Below are positions 61,590-64,000 of a stretch of 64,000 nucleotides of DNA, piece by piece. Source of the DNA: Camelus ferus (lineage: Eukaryota); the NCBI RefSeq assembly GCF_009834535.1, contig NC_045696.1, positions 46,068,001 to 46,132,000 on the forward strand, written 5' to 3'. The notes under the pieces are model-generated. The model saw nothing but the letters and a program-made list of their open reading frames with translations. It had not been told where the DNA came from and made no database searches. The translations under genes were made by a program, and so were the position numbers. The stretch's first letter is position 1; every line of letters begins with the position of its first letter.

Positions 61590-64000
61590 AAAAAGTTCTT
61601 ATAGGCTTAATAGTAGAATAGAGATGACAGGAAAGAGGATCTGTGAGATTGTACCAAAAGCTCTAACATCTGTGTAATTGGAATTCCAGCAGGAAAGACA
61701 AAAAAAAAAAAAAAAAAAAAAAAAAAGAGTGGTGCATAAAAAATCTAAAGAAATAATGCCTGAAATGTCCTACTTTTGGTGAAAATCAAGAATTTATAGA
61801 TTTTAAAAGTTCAGTTAAACCCCAAACAGGATAAACACAAAGTAGTTCATGCCAAGACATACTATAATCGAACTTATGAAAATCAAAGACAAAGAAAAAA
61901 TTTTTAAGTAGAACAAAAGGCCAAACATTAACTATAGGGCAACATCTCAAATGTTGTTTCTCATCTGAAATCATGGAGGCCAGAAGGAATTGGCTAGATA
62001 TTTTCAAGTGCAAAAATTTCCTTCAGGAATTAAGGTAAAATAAATGCTTTCTCAAATGAAGGCAATTTGTTGCTTGAAAACTTGCTCTAAAACAACTGCT
62101 AAAGGAAGCTTTTCAGACAAAAGGGAAATGATACCACAGGAAAACTTGTACTAACATGATTAAAGGGCAATCCACTGAAATGTAGGTACTTGGGTAAATA
62201 CAACTTCTCTTGAACTCTTTAAAATACATTTGATATATGAAGTCAAAAATCATTACACTGATAATTTTTCAATGTACATTAAAGTAGTATATAGGGTAGC
62301 TACAACATAAATGGGGAAGAAGAGAAAAAGATATACAGTGGTTAGTTTTCTACATTTTAACTGAAGTGGTAAAATACTGATTTTATATAAGCTGTGAAAA
62401 GTTAAGTATGTTATAACTCTTGAGCACCACATAAACTGGGGAGGGAGGAGAGAGATTGACAAACATATAATAAGTAAATTAAAGTGAAATACTAAAAAAA
62501 GTTCATATAATCCAAAGGAAGGTTGTAATGGGGAAACAGAAAGGCAAAAAATGAAGGGAAAAACGGCAAACAAATAACAAAATGATAGACTTAAATCCAA
62601 ATAAATCAATAATTATATTAAAGGTAAATAATTTAAAAACAAAAGACAGATTATCAAAAAGGACTTAAAAAGAAAAATTAGGTAGGTTAAAGATAAAATT
62701 ATGGAAAAAGATACACCATGCAAATATTAATCAAAAGAAAGCTAAATGATAAAAACGAATATTACATAGTAATTAAAGGATCAATCCACCAAGAAGACAA
62801 AATAATCCTAAATGAATAATAAAGCTGCAAAACACATGAAGAAAAACTTAACTAAGTGGAAAAAGAAATATTTGACAGTCTCAACTTCCCTCAGTATTTG
62901 ATAGAACAAGCCAACAAAAATCAGAAAGGATATAAAAGAACTGAACAGGACCATCAACTAAGTGGATTCAGTACATATTTACAGAACACTCAATAATAGC
63001 CAAGTACACATTCTTTTCAAGTGCACATGGAACAATCACCAATACAGACTACATCCTGGGTTACAAAACAAAAATTAATAAATTTTAAAAAATTGAAGTC
63101 ATATAAAATATGTTCTCCATAATAGACTGAACTAGAAATTGATAACACAAACATAAAGTTTGGATAAAAATTTCCAAACACTTGGATATTAAACAACACA
63201 CTAATTAGTAAGCCACAGATCAAAGAATAAATCTCAAGAAAAAATTTTTTAAAATATTGTACTGAAACAAATTAAAGTCCAGCATATTAAAATTTGAGGG
63301 ATGCCTCTAATGCCATCCATTGAGATAAATTTATAGCATTAAATGCTTAGGTTAGAAAAAAAGAAAGGTCTCAAATGAGTAATCCAAAATTTTACATTAA
63401 GAAACTGGGCGAGGGGGGACTAAACTCAAAAGCAAGCATAAGAAGGAAATGACAATGACAAAGATAAGAGCAGAAACTGAAAAGGAAACAAAAAACAATA
63501 GAGAAGAAAAAATTGGGTTTTATTAATCTTAGGAAGGTTAATAAAGTTGACAAAAGTCCTAGAAAAACTGAAAAAGGAAAAGAAGACAAATTATTAGTAT
63601 CATGAGTGAAACAGAGGATATCATTAAGGACTCTACAGGGATTAAAAGGAAAATATGGGAATACTATGGACAATTAATTGCGTATCAGCCTAGTAACTTT
63701 ATAAAATGGACCAACACTCCAAAAACCATTAACTACCAACACTCACCCAAGATGAAATCAGTATTCTGAAGAGTCTTATAGTTATTTAAAATTTTTAATT
63801 GATTGAGGAAAAAAATCTTTCCTCAAAAACCTCCTGGCTCAGATGATTTCACTGGTATATTTAAAGAAGAAAAAACATCAGTTCTACAGTCTTTTCCTGA
63901 AAATAAAAGAGCAGGGAACACTTCTTAAATCTGTTCATGAAGCAGGCATTCTTCTGTCTGATACCAAAACCAGACAAAGAGGACAAGGAAATAAAAGAAA
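61590..64000 (+). mobile_element. Decayed L1M, ORF1 end into ORF2, running off the window
   Basis: aaaccccaaacaggataaac, atacaccatgcaaatattaatcaaaagaaagct, acattcttttcaagtgcacatggaaca, cagatgatttcactggt, ataccaaaaccagacaaaga. Confidence 0.88.

Noticed and set aside
62253..63673. Hydrophobic minus-strand ORFs resembling membrane proteins
   Set aside because: Antisense translation of A-rich L1 sequence.
1..64000. CRISPR arrays, operons, rRNA, snoRNA or miRNA genes
   Set aside because: No repeat-spacer array or recognisable RNA gene was seen; the sequence is mammalian intronic and intergenic DNA. An Infernal/Rfam scan would be the decisive check.

Overview
AT-rich, CpG-depleted mammalian nuclear DNA, most likely camelid: it has four tRNA-Ala-derived Vic-1-like SINEs and no Alu, B1/B2, Bov-A/BovB, PRE-1 or CanSINE that I could see. 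I recognise no known protein-coding exon, no RNA gene and no prokaryote-type system. Most of the window is old eutherian transposon debris (MIR, L2, L3/CR1, L1M, MaLR/ERVL LTRs, hAT MERs), including an ERV-L pol relic with RNase H, integrase and dUTPase. The non-repeat signal centres on two CpG-rich, NRF1-motif promoters about 7.5 kb apart. The one at ~24.2-24.55 kb has a minus-strand first exon (donor at 24149) opening into a long intron that runs off the left edge; the gene cannot be identified from this window. The one at ~31.6-32.1 kb appears to start two overlapping, oppositely oriented three-exon transcripts. Manual splicing gives a 43-aa ORF on the minus strand (31988-31940, 25629-25576, 25486-25458) and a 115-aa ORF on the plus strand (31833-31980, 32182-32224, 36214-36370). 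Both are unverified predictions from splice signals only. Repeat family names come from recalled consensus features and their boundaries are approximate.
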